DNA of 64,000 nt, taken from assembly GCA_002269645.1 (NCBI GenBank), contig NIVC01002873.1, positions 7,448 to 71,447 on the forward strand. The letters run 5' to 3'. The notes beneath the pieces are model-generated. The model was not told the DNA's origin and ran no database searches. It saw only the letters and a program-made list of their open reading frames with translations. The position numbers were made by a program, and so were the translations under genes. This DNA is from Macrostomum lignano. Taxonomy: Eukaryota. Every line of letters begins with the position of its first letter. Within the stretch, counting starts at the first letter, position 1. Shown here piece after piece: positions 45,798 to 62,995 of the stretch.

Positions 45798-46719
45798 ATG
45801 TCACGAAGGGGGACGACAGTTTAACAGTTTTTTAAGTCAAACGAGCTGTGTCGGTACATATCATATAACAGATTTTCTAACTATATGCAGTTTCGTTTCT
45901 TTTGCACAATCAACGGACTCCGAAAACGTTTCCTTGAAGACTAAATGTTGGAAGTCTCAAGAAAGAATTTAAATTCTTTGTGCCTTCAAGCGATGCGCGT
46001 GTCCATATCCGTTTTCGTGCTCAGGGGTCAGCGGGCTTGCCTCCTATAGGAGCGGTTCAACTGTCTGTCCGCCTTGATTTGCGCCAGCTTCTCACCAAGA
46101 AGCGAAGGAAATTGTCTCAAAAAGCTTTTAATTATACAACAATTAGCTCAATAATGAAGGCAGACAACTGCTTAACACTTATAGACTACATGGCTTTAAA
46201 TAGGAGGGCTAAAACCATAGTATCTTGAGCGATTGACGCTGCAACAAAGATAAATAATTAAAAAACCAATTGAAATTCGCAACTTGCAATTGCAACACAA
46301 ATCGATAAAGATGCACAAAGCAAAAAATAAGAACTAATCTCAGTTTCATAAAATTTCTTCGTACATCAGAGCGTATGCCTCTGCAGGCGCCAAATGCAGA
46401 AGAGCTGGCAAGTGCAGGTGACTTAACCTCCGAGAATGTTCTGCCGTCCGGCAACAGCTGCATGGGTCCGAATCAAACAAAACACCAACACCTCTACCCT
46501 ATCCTATACACTGCTGAGCGTCTCTGATCCACAGAAGTTGCAGAAATCTGCAGACTCCATGTTTACAGATTAGTCGAAGTTGACAATTCATGGAAATCTT
46601 GAAATCCTTATTGTTGCGCCAGTTTGGCATCCGGGGTCCAACTCGACAAGCGTATAGGATTCTGCAGCCGTGATTAGGGAGTTACAATGGAGCAAACTGA
46701 ACTGATAAGCTGGTTCTCT

Positions 46720-47040
46720 GAGTAATAATAAAATAATAATAGATAATAATGTGATTACAAATGCCCTAATGGGCAGATGTGCAACCGACAGCTCAGCCGC
46801 AGCCATTGCTCGGCGCATCTGAAGGCTGCGTACGGCTGTTCAGTCCAAGGACTGGGGGGTCACCACACACACCCTCAATTACCCCAGCTAATGCTGGCTC
46901 ATTTTACAGCTTGGTGAACTGAAGAAATGCAGAGTTAAGTGTCTTGCTCAAGGACACAAATTGTTCCGAATGGGTCGAAAATCGAACCCCCGACTTTTCA
47001 GTCGTGAGTCCGACGATCTCACCTACAAACGCCATCCTGA
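46720..47040 (-). mobile_element. tRNA-derived CORE-type SINE, copy 3
   Basis: Reverse-complement match to copies 1 and 2, including the B box, CORE segment and AT-rich tail. Confidence 0.88.
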
Positions 47041-47073
47041 GTCTATAATAAAACAATAAAACTGAATTCTCAG

Positions 47074-52080
<5,007 letters not shown>

Positions 52081-52269
52081 GTCCAGATGATCAATTTTAA
52101 TTGCTAATGGTTATTGGTTTCTGTCGATTGTGTGGTTGAAACAGCTTATTTTTTAAAACTGCTTATTTATGTTGTCTGCAGAGAATGATAATAGTGTTCC
52201 GTAAAAATCATATTTTGCAAACATTTTGACACGGTCAGTGTCTCGGTCTCAAATTTAGTGTTCATTTTG

Positions 52270-52612
52270 TGTCAGATATGGTCAGTGCTCACTGTGTCAG
52301 CTATGGTCAGTGCTCACTGTGTCAGCTATGGTCAGTGCTCACTGTGTCAGCTATGGTCAGTGCTCACTGTGTCAGCTATGGTCAGTGCTCACTGTGTCAG
52401 CTATGGTCAGTGCTCACTGTGTCAGCTATGGTCAGTGCTCACTGTGTCAGCTATGGTCAGTGCTCACTGTGTCAGCTATGGTCAGTGCTCACTGTGTCAG
52501 CTATGGTCAGTGCTCACTGTGTCAGCTATGGTCAGTGCTCACTGTGTCAGCTATGGTCAGTGCTCACTGTGTCAGCTATGGTCAGTGCTCACTGTGTCAG
52601 CTATGGTCAGTT
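52270..52612. repeat. 25-bp perfect minisatellite (ATGGTCAGTGCTCACTGTGTCAGCT)n
   Basis: About 13-14 identical copies. Confidence 0.97.
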
Positions 52613-53211
52613 CTGTTCCCGCAGTCATCCAATGTGTCTAATATTCTGCCAGCCTGTCGCTCTTTCTCTGTCGTAACGCCAAGTATTTTGTGTTTTCCAG
52701 TTAATTTTAAATCTTTGCAAAAAGCAAGTAAAATGCAAATTCTTTCTGTTCTCACCTGCAATATAACATTGCTGTTTATTTTTCAGCTATTCGTGCGCAA
52801 AAAAGCTGGCAATAACCGTTTAATGTTACTCTGCATTGGCCGTAGTAGTATAGTTAGGTTATTTTTACCCGCCGCATTATCTTTGTTCGAAAAACAACAC
52901 TACGAAATTCGATGCTTTTTTAAGATCATCCGCAGTGCGAGTGACTTTGCTTTGATGGCTGATGGGTTTGGCAGTAAACTTTGGGGAAGGCGATTAATAT
53001 TCTATCATTGTCATTATTATTCCACATTTTGTAAGTGTCAGTTAACTGTTCGCACTACTTGAGCTTTAAGCTGAAAGCTGAAATACACACTCTTAGCTGC
53101 TTGCCTGGCAAAACTTTTAAATTAATATGGAAAAAGCCCGACCTCAAGGAGCTTTTCTATCCAAATATTAACGCATGATTGAGAGTCCAAGTGTTGGAAT
53201 GTAGATTAACT

Positions 53212-53362
53212 GTCATAGACAGATGAATGACCGTCATGAGCTATTATAGGCAGATGAATGACCGTCATGAGCTATCATAAGCGGATGAATGACCGTCATG
53301 AGCTATCATAGGCGGATGAATAACCGTCATGAGCTATCATCATAGACAGATGAATGACAGCA
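53212..53362. repeat. About 30-bp repeat containing GATGAATGACCGTCATGAGCTATCAT
   Basis: About 5 copies. Confidence 0.85.
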
Positions 53363-53768
53363 TGCAGTATCTTAAACTGCTGACTGACACTGACAGTTAA
53401 TAAATTCGCAAGACAAATTTCGTTTAAAAAAAGAAGCAATTATATTTGACAGTCTTACCGACCGCAAACAGGATTGTAAATAAAGACAGAAAACAGAAAG
53501 GCGACACGACACGTTGGATTACAAGAAAAGATTTAGAAAATTTTGCATCAAAGCAGGCAAAATTAGGAATTGTTCGGACATGATGGCGGCAATATTTCTG
53601 ACACACAAAAACATTATTAAACCAACGGTTCACATTATTGGCTCAATCTGGATTTTGTCATTTACTAAAAAAAATTCTATTTACTCTACTTCAAGTAGAC
53701 ATATTCCAATTTGCTCCGTATTTCTCTAGCTAATTAAGAAATTACCGTTATTTTAATGAGCTCTTGTT

Positions 53769-56700
53769 TTATTTCCTCTTAGTTTTACCCGTCCGGCCGC
53801 GCTCGAAGCGCACCGTCTCGGCCACCAATGACGTCATTTCGGACAGGCGCTGGCAGAAGGTGACAGCAGCTCCCACAGATGGATCTGAAAATCTGTACTT
53901 TTCTGTGGGATTAAGGGCTTATTTTATAGCCATGATACCAGGAATCCGAGCTTTGAAACTGTTAAAGTTCAATCGTATCTTTTAAAAGACAGAAAATTCT
54001 CCTCTGAGCTCACCTGCGCAGTTTGCTGCAGCCTGAGAATTACCGCTATTAGCCTGGGCTGACCTCCTGTTGCCATAGTAACCGGACGAATACGGCGAAC
54101 CGTTTGGACGTCGCGAACTGGCGATGCCGGAGCAGCAGAAACTGCCTGCTGAGTCCTGATGCAGCCCGTCTGCTGCGGCTGCGTCACTCAGGGATGAGCC
54201 TACTGAGCCTGCGGAGTTGGAGTGAGTCAGTCAGTCAGTCAGTCAGTCAGTCAGTCAGTCAGTCAGTCAGTCAGTCAGTCATTCAGTCAGTCAGTCAGTC
54301 AGTCAGTCAGTCAGTCAGTCAGTCAGTCAGTCAGTCAGTCAGTCAGTCAGTCAGTCAGTCAGTCAGTCAGTCAGTCAGTCAGTCAGTCAGTCAGTCAGTC
54401 AGTCAGTCAGTCAGTCAGTCAGTCAGTCAGTCAGTCAGTCAGTCAGTCAGTCAGTCAGTCAGTCAGTCAGTCAGTCAGTCAGTCAGTCAGTCAGTCAGTC
54501 AGTCAGTCAGCTCACACTGCCTGGATGGCGGCAGTCCGTGGCCCGCAGGCCGGCCCTGTGTGACTGTCGTTGGCTCCCGCCGCTGCAGAACCAGCGACTG
54601 CGCGGTTCGAATCTCCAGTAGTTCGCCCAGCGCGACACCAGGCGGCTGCAGCGGCAGCGACTCCTGCCGGGGATTCCTGCGCTGCTGCCGCGGCTGCAGC
54701 TGCTGCGCCCCGCCGGCCTCGCCCTGCTGGCCGAACAGCAGCCGGCGCTCGCGGCGCCTCTCGCGCGAAGTCGGACGAGCTGTGGAGGCGTCGGCGCCGG
54801 TGGCAGCGGCTGCAGCGGCGGCGGCGACGGCGGCGGCTGAGGCCAGATCGTTGGTCGAGCGGGATGGAGCGATGCCGCTGCTGCGGGGGTCCGGGTTTGA
54901 ATCCGCATTAGCCTGCGGTTCCCGCTCGAAAATTGACCCCACAACGAGGGCCGACCCCCCAAGGCACAGTGAGTGTACATGCCCGACAATGAGGAAGTCA
55001 GGGCGGCCGTAGTGTACACCCTGAGTGAGCCTGTGCCTGCGGACAAGATCCATAACTAACTAGCCTCGACTTGAAGATACTCGATAAGAGGCGGCTGTGG
55101 ACTACTTTAAGTAGCACTCACCGTTGGTTCCGCCTAATGCTGAGCTGCTGCCCGGACAGCAGGTCAACCATCATGCCAGCTCTGCTTTGAGCTGGGCTGC
55201 TTATTTGTATGGATTTTGCTTCAACTAGAGTAGAAGAATGACGGAGAAGGCCACGCCGCACTTGCTGCTCTATACTCGTTCTGCTCACGCAAAGCCATCC
55301 TGCAGCTCAAACCCCGGTGAATGGGCCGCCCAGTATATGTATGAGCCATTGGGATTATTGACTTGCCGTGGAGTGGCTTGGAGGGGAGGAGGGTAGAGAG
55401 GCAGGGGAGACCCACGCAGACGGGCCGGCTGAATTGTCAACTCAGCGCCTCAAATAATCAGCAGCCAGTATTGCGTGAAATGCCATGAAACAATGAGAGA
55501 GGGTAGGCAGAGCTGGTACGGGCTTTCGCTGTGCGTATGGCCAGGGTGAGGCACCTCTGCGCTCCAGTAAGCTTCAGGAAATGTGCCTTGAGCAGAAGTA
55601 CCTGGCTTGGGAAGGCGGCACGCTATGCAAGGGGATGGGGTTCTCCTGCACTAGGGAGGTTGAGACAGGCTCTGTTCCTCATCACGATAAGCCAGTCAAC
55701 GCCTAGCTCTTAGACTACATATTTTCCCATTAATATAATTGCCTTGCATGTGTCTAACTCTAACAGGTTTGATGAGCAGAGCTGATTAATCTTCTGTCTG
55801 TCTGTCTGTTGGGTTTGAGTAGATTGCCTACGCATTTAGGCCTTAGAAACTGTCACCAAATTGTAGAATGCATGTCTAACAGGCTGTAGAATCTATCTAA
55901 CAGGCTGTAGAATCTGTCTAATCGGCTGTAGAATCAATCTAACAGGCTGTAGAATCAATCTAACAGGCTGTAGAATCTGTCTAATCGGCTGTAGAATCAA
56001 TCTAACAGGCTGTAGAATCTATCTAACAGGCTGTAGAATCTATCTAACATGCTGTAGAATCTATCTAACAGGCTGTATAATCTATCTAACAGGCTGTAGA
56101 ATCTATCTAACAGGCTGTAGAATCTGTCTAATCGGCTGTAGAATCAATCTAACAGGCTGTAGAATCTGTCTAATCGGCTGTAGAATCTGTCTAACAGGCT
56201 GTAGAATCTATCTAACAGGCTGTAGAATCTATCTAACATGCTGTAGAATCTATCTAACAGGCTGTATAATCTATCTAACAGGCTGTAGAATCTATCTAAC
56301 AGGCTGTAGAATCTATCTAACATGCTGTATAATCAATCTAACAGGCTGTAGAATCTATCTAACAGGCTGTAGAATCTGTCTAATCGGCTGTAGAATCAAT
56401 CTAACAGGCTGTAGAATCAATCTAACAGGCTGTAGAATCTATCTAACAGGCTGTAGAATCTATCTAACATGCTGTAGAATCTATCTAACAGGCTGTATAA
56501 TCTAACAGGCTGTAGAATCTATCTAACAGTCTGTAGAATCTATCTAACAGGCTGTAGAATCTAACAGGCTGTAGAATCTATCTAACAGGCTGTAGAATCT
56601 ATTTAACAGGCTGTAGAATATGTCTAACAGGCTGTAGAATCTATCCAACAGGCTGTAAGACATGACTACCAGGAATCTGAAAACTTTTAGTGAACCCGAA

Positions 56701-59700
56701 ACTGTACCGGTTTCCATGGCGACCAACAGCCGGAGCGGATCTGAAGCGGTTCCTACGGGAGCAGCAGCGCCTCAGTTGAGGCATCTTTTTACTTTGACCA
56801 ACCGCCGATGACAGCATTTGAGGTACCCTGCTGCTTCTGCTGCTGCTGCTGCTTCTGCTTCTTAGAACTGTAATTGCTTTTGTGTTCCCCTCATGTTGTT
56901 GGCAGACTCACTGCAGATATGCATGCAGCTCGTACTTCTCAAGAGGCTGCGCATGAGTAGCTCTCGCATGTTTGGGGTCAGGGATTGGTCGGTGTTTGAA
57001 GCGTGTCTCACTGTTCTCACTTCTCACTTGGTTTCTTTCACGCTTTTTCTACAGTTTCTCTCCTAGAAGCAAATAACACAGTTTCTGCACATGTACTTGC
57101 GCTGCATGTCAAGTAGGGCTTGAACAGAGTCGGTATTAGGGTTGGGGTTTGAGTTCTGCTCAGTTCTCATTTTCACACAATTTACTAATAATGTTATTAT
57201 ATAACGCTTTTAGTAAGCGAAATTAATGTGTTTAGCTAGTTATATGAGTGTGAAATAATTAATCAGTATGGTTAGTGACCACGCTTAATTACTGTTAGTG
57301 ACCGTTATTGAGAAAAGGCAGTCAGTGACCCCAGTGAGATCAAGCAGTCAGTGACCCATTCAGATCAAGCAGTGAGTGACCCCAGTGAGATCAAGCACGC
57401 AGTGACCCCAGTCAGATCAAGCACGCAGTGACCCCAGTGAGATCAAGCAGTCAGTGACCCCAGTGAGATCAAGCACGCAGTGACCCCAGTCAGATCAAGC
57501 AGTCAGTGACCCCATCGAGATCAAGCACGCAGTGACCCCAGTCAGATCAAGCAGTCAGTGACCCCATCGAGATCAAGCACGCAGTGACCCCATTCAGATC
57601 AAGCACGCAGTGACCCCAGTCAGATCAAGCACGCAGTGACCCCAGTGAGATCAAGCAGTCAGTGACCCCAGTGAGATCAAGCAGTCAGTGACCCATTCAG
57701 ATCAAGCAGTGAGTGACCCCAGTGAGATCAAGCACGCAGTGACCCCAGTCAGATCAAGCACGCAGTGACCCCAGTGAGATCAAGCAGTCAGTGACCCCAG
57801 TGAGATCAAGCACGCAGTGACCCCAGTCAGATCAAGCAGTCAGTGACCCCATCGAGATCAAGCACGCAGTGACCCCAGTCAGATCAAGCAGTCAGTGACC
57901 CCATCGAGATCAAGCACGCAGTGACCCCATTCAGATCAAGCACGCAGTGACCCCAGTCAGATCAAGCACGCAGTGACCCCAGTGAGATCAAGCAGTCAGT
58001 GACCCCAGTGAGATCAAGCAGTCAGTGACCCCAGTGAGATCAAGCACGCAGTGACCCCAGTCAGATCAAGCACGCAGTGACCCCAGTGAGATCAAGCACG
58101 CAGTGACCCCAGTCAGATCAAGCACGCAGTGACCCCAGTGAGATCAAGCACGCAGTGACCCCAGTGAGATCAAGCACGCAGTGACCCCAGTCAGATCAAG
58201 CACGCAGTGACCCCAGTCAGATCAAGCACGCAGTGACCCCATGCGGACTGGGTGCAGCTGGCACCAATCATGCAGCTGCTGACTCACTCGCAAAGCAGTT
58301 CGTGAAATTCTGCCTTTTGCCGTTCGTACTGCGAACTGGAGAGCAGCTGCCTGCTGTGCCTGCCTGTCTCGCTGCTGAAAGCATTTGGTAGCACCGGGTG
58401 GTGTTTTCAGATGCAGTCCGAGACGCTGCTTTCACGCAGTATTTGCTACATGGTTTTGTATAAAAACTTTTAACCAGAAATTTTCTCGATCGCAAGTGCA
58501 CAGGCAAATCTACTATGAGTAGCTAGTGATATTCAAGATAGGTAAAAGTAGATCAGAAGAATCGAACACCGGTTCTTTGGGCTTTTTTCAAAAACTTTAA
58601 CGCAATCTGTCATGGACCACTAAAGTAGAAGGACTGCCCACTTTAGCCCGATCTGTCATGGACCACTAAAGTAGAAGGACTGCCCACTTTAGCCCGATCT
58701 GTCATGGACCACTAGAGTAGAAGGACTGCCCACTTTAGCCCGATCTGTCATGGACCACTAAAGTAGGACTGCCCACTTTAGCCCGATCTGTCATGGACCA
58801 CTAAAGTAGAAGGACTGCCCACTTTAGCCCGATCTGTCATGGACTACTAAAGTAGAAGGATTGCCCACTTTAGCCCGATCTGTCATGGACCACTAAAGTA
58901 GAAGGACTGCCCACTTTAGCCCGATCTGTCATGGACCACTAAAGTAGAAGGACTGCCCACTTTAGCCCGATCTGTCATGGACCACTAAAGTAGAAGGACT
59001 GCCCACTTTAGCCCGATCTGTCATGGACTACTAAAGTAGAAGGACTGCCCACTTTAGCCCGATCCGTCATGGACCACTAAAGTAGAAGGACTGCCCACTT
59101 TAGCCCGATCTGTCATGGACTACTAAAGTAGAAGGATTGCCCACTTTAGCCCGATCTGTCATGGACCACTAAAGTAGAAGGACTGCCCACTTTAGCCCGA
59201 TCTGTCATGGACCACTAAAGTAGAAGGACTGCCCACTTTAGCCCGATCTGTCATGGACCACTAAAGTAGAAGGACTGCCCACTTTAGCCCGATCTGTCAT
59301 GGACCACTAAAGTAGAAGGACTGCCCACTTTAGCCCGATCTGTCATGGACCACTAAAGTAGAAGGACTGCCCACTTTAGCCCGATCTGTCATGGACCACT
59401 AAAGTAGAAGGACTGCTAGTTTTTAAAGTGCTGTCGGAGACTGGCAAGCAAGCAAAGTTGCTGAACAATTTCATCTATTACCTATCTTTTTAGTGTCCGT
59501 TTTGTCACTTACGGATTTTTCGATTAAGAGCCTTCAGAAAGATTAAAAAGTAATAAGTCTATAAATCCGTACTTAGACTTCTAGAGGAGGGTCTAGAGGG
59601 TACGGCTACTGGGTCTTGAGTGAAGTAAAATCATTCAATCAGTCAATGGGCAGTCAATTGTCACTCAATGAGCAGTCAATGAGCAGTCAATGAGCAGTCA

Positions 59701-62124
59701 ATGAGCAGTCAATGAGCAGTCAATGAGCAGTCAATGAGCAGTCAATGAGCAGTCAATGAGCAGTCAATGAGCAGTCAATGAGCAGTCAATGAGCAGTCAA
59801 TGAGCAGTCAATGAGCAGTCAATGAGCAGTCAATGAGCAGTCAATGAGCAGTCAATGAGCAGTCAATGAGCAGTCAATGAGCAGTCAATGAGCAGTCAAT
59901 GAGCAGTCAATGAGCAGTCAATGAGCAGTCAATGAGCAGTCAATGAGCAGTCAATGAGCAGTCAATGAGCAGTCAATGAGCAGTCAATGAGCAGTCAATG
60001 GAACAGTCAATAAGCAGTCAATCAGCAGCCAATCAGCAGCCAATGAGCAGTCAATGATACTGACCCCAGAAAGGAAATCCGATAATCTGGTCCATGACCG
60101 CCTATCAGACTGTCGGTGCTGAAGGCAGCGCAGCCCGCCGCAGCAGCTGACGCTGGCATCTGCCGGAATGACAGTTTCATGCTGTCATAGGGCAGGTTGA
60201 CGGCGTCCAGGTAGCACTGGGCGCTGAGCAGCGGCAGGCTGCCGGGTGTTCGGCCTTTCCTGTGCTGCGCCGGCGGCAGAAGAGGCTGCGAATGAGCCGC
60301 ATCGACGTGTCGCATGGATTCCGATTGCTGCTGTCGCTGACGCCCTTGGCACAGCCTGCGCTTTGATGCGGCCTGCTGGCGGCTCGGCCAAGTGCTTGGC
60401 ACTCGTTGCATTGTGCGTGCCTAGCGGCTGACTATTCTTATATACCTAAGTAGTCTATTCTGTGCCTCTGTGCGGCAGCCAGTGAACTGAGACCCGAGTC
60501 TAAAGCTGAGACAGACTCTATGAAGTGCGCCTGAATTGTTCCAGGCAATTTCTGTCTGTCATTTCTGCTTCGGCAGGGGGTGCAATTCTGGCCCTCAAAC
60601 TAAAGCTCTATTTCTGAGTAAAACCCTGCAGAATGCACACGAAGATATACTGCGAGATGAACTGCTCACAGCTGAGAAGAATTTGATTCTTAAATTCTCA
60701 GCGCCTATTCAGATATTACGACTGCCTTCCTGCCTCAGAGTGCAGCTGTGAGGGATGTAGCCGGAAGCTGCAGTGATGATGCAGCTTTGGCTTGGCTGTG
60801 CCTCGGACTCCTCTGTCCCGGCTCAATGCAAAATGAGCAGCGGCACTCATGGGGTTGAACTCAAATACAGTGCAGTGCATCGCTTGTGCGCGTCTGGGGG
60901 CCTTTGCAATCTGCTGCTTTTCTGCTTCTCCCCTCTCCCTCCTACTCTCTCTCTCCTCTCATCCTCTTTTCTTACCCCTCTCACTCTCTTCTTTCTCCCA
61001 TCTCACCCCTCTCACCTTCCTCTCTCTCCTCTCACCCTTTTCTCTCTCCCATCTCAACCTCTTCTCTCACTCATCTCACATCTCTCACCCTCTTCTTTCT
61101 CCCATCTCACCCCTCTCACCTTCCTCTCTCTCTCCTCTCACCCTTTCTCTCTCCCATCTCAACCTCTTCTCTCACTCATCTCACATCTCTCACCCTCCTC
61201 ACCCTCCTCTCTCTCCTCTCATCCTTTTTTCTCATCTTTCTCACCCTCCTCTCTCTCCTCTCACCCTCTTCTCTCTCCCATCTCACCTCTCTCACCCTCC
61301 TCTCTCTCCTCTCACCCTCGTCTCTCTCCTCTCATCCTTTTTTCTCATCTCTCTCACCCTTCTTTCTCCTCTCACCCTCTTCTCTCTCCCATCTCACCTC
61401 TCTCACCCTCCTCTCTCTCCTCTCACCCTCCTCTCTCTCCTCTTATCCTTTTTTCTCATCTCTCTCACCCTCCTCTCTCTCCTCTCATCCTTTTTTTCTG
61501 ATCTCTCTCACCCTCCTCTCTCTCCTCTCACCCTCTTCTCTCTCCTCTCATCCCTCTCATCCTCCTCTCTCTTCTCTCACCCTCCTCTCTCTCCTCTCAA
61601 GCTCTTCTCTCTCTTTCCTCTCACCCTCCTCTCTCTCCCCTCTCTCCTCTCACTCTCCTCTCTCTCCCCTCTCACCCTCCTCTTTCTTCTCTCACCCTCC
61701 TCTCTCTCCTCTCATCCTCTTCTCTCTGCACTCTTATCGTCTTGAATAACAACCATCATCTTTTAGTGTCGGCAGAGTGATCCACAGGCAGCCACAGTGT
61801 CGGCAGAGTAACCCACAGTTCCCCACAGTGTCGGCAGAGTGACCCACAGTCCCCCAGAGTGTCGGTAGAGTGACCCACAGTCCCCTACAGTGTCAGCAGA
61901 GTGACCCACAGTCCCCCACAGTGTCGGCAGAGTGTCCCACAGTCCCCCACAGTGTCGGCAGAGGCCACTCACAGATAAAAGCTGTGCGACTTGACCATTC
62001 TTTGAAAGTCGGACACGAGGCCGAGCGGTCGGTGAGTCTGCAGCTGCAGTCGGACTCGAACCACCTCTGACGGACCCTCCGCTGTTGAGCGACCCGCCTG
62101 TCTGCCGGACGATGAAAACGCCAT
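53769..62124 (-). CDS. Putative multi-exon gene of unknown family (5' end not identified)
   Basis: Candidate exons: 62124-61973, 60427-60065, 58374-58288, 57010-56912, 56827-56708, 55036-54516, 54208-54014, 53884-53769. Phases chain if one base is added at the G-run 60244-60246. The acceptors at 57010 and 56827 are purine-rich and doubtful. C-terminus: DPSVGAAVTFCQRLSEMTSLVAETVRFERGRTGKTKRK*. The last three exons are the best supported. Confidence 0.5.
54222..54510. repeat. (AGTC)n microsatellite
   Basis: About 72 copies making up almost all of intron 54209-54515. Confidence 0.98.
55872..56658. repeat. 21-bp minisatellite (GCTGTAGAATCTATCTAACAG)n
   Basis: About 37 copies. Confidence 0.96.
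57318..58240. repeat. 26-bp minisatellite (GTGACCCCAGTGAGATCAAGCACGCA)n
   Basis: About 35 copies with recurring variant order. Confidence 0.96.
58605..59417. repeat. 46-bp minisatellite (GATCTGTCATGGACCACTAAAGTAGAAGGACTGCCCACTTTAGCCC)n
   Basis: About 17-18 near-identical copies with no unique spacers. Confidence 0.97.
59655..60055 (+). repeat. 11-bp minisatellite (GAGCAGTCAAT)n
   Basis: About 36 copies; reverse complement of the array at 62695-62995. Confidence 0.97.
60925..61725. repeat. CT-rich low-complexity/minisatellite tract
   Basis: CTCTCACCCTCCTCTCTCT-type units; explains the Leu/Ser/Pro ORFs at 60773-61749. Confidence 0.92.
61765..61965. repeat. About 31-bp minisatellite (ACAGTGTCGGCAGAGTGACCCACAGTCCCCC)n
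   Basis: About 6 copies abutting the minus-strand donor at 61972. Confidence 0.9.
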
Positions 62125-62694
62125 CTGTGCAGACTTAGACAGGCATGCAGAGAACTGCAGGGGGCTCAGCGTATTACATACTTATGGCTTCTTTAAACAG
62201 ATCAGGTAATGTCTATTGGCGACGGGGAAAATGGGAAAGGGGAAGAAATATTAGAGAATTGGGGGGGGGAGATTTTAGAGGCAGCAAGATTTGCTCTGCT
62301 CTGAGTACTGTCTGAGTCGGGACAACATTTTTTGATCCCGGCGTCTGTCGCTGCGGCCTCGGCGGAATGGCAAAATGCAGTTGCAGATGAAAAGAGAGCA
62401 CGGCTAAGGTAGATGGGGAAAGGGTGGGGGTGCCCAAGGGGAGCTTGAAGAGGGAGCTGGCATTGTAGTATCGGAGGAAATGTGCGGCGGAAAGTACAAA
62501 TGAGTCTTGAGGAGGGGCGGGGGTAGAGGAAGGATGGGGAGAGGAATTGGTGCTTATAGTATTTGCCCTGCGGGAATGAGTGTACCATGTGGCTCGTGCA
62601 GTCACGGAGCAACTGGTGAGCAATGGGACAATGCCACAATAGGGCGACAGTGTTTTATTAATATTGCATGTTACCGTGTCCTGCTGCACTATGC

Positions 62695-62995
62695 CAGTGA
62701 CTGCTCATTGACTGCTCATGGGCTGCTCATCGACTGCTCATTGACTGCTCATTGACTGCTCATTGACTGCTCATTGACTGCTCATTGACTGCTCATCGAC
62801 TGCTCATCGACTGCTCATTGGATGCTCATTAACTGCTCATTGACTGCTCATTGACTGCTCATTGACTGCTCATCGACTGCTCATTGGCTGCTCATTGACT
62901 GCTCATCGACTGCTCATTGCTGCTCATTGACTGCTCATCGACTTCTGATTGACTGCTCATCGAACGCTCATTGACTGCTCATTGACTGCTCATTT
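62695..62995 (-). repeat. 11-bp minisatellite (ATTGACTGCTC)n, inverted relative to 59655-60055
   Basis: About 27 copies with ATCGAC variants. Confidence 0.95.

Noticed and set aside
58605-59417. CRISPR array (also considered for 26052-26350, 52270-52612 and 57318-58240)
   Set aside because: Units are contiguous with no unique spacers, there are no cas genes, and the context is eukaryotic and intronic.
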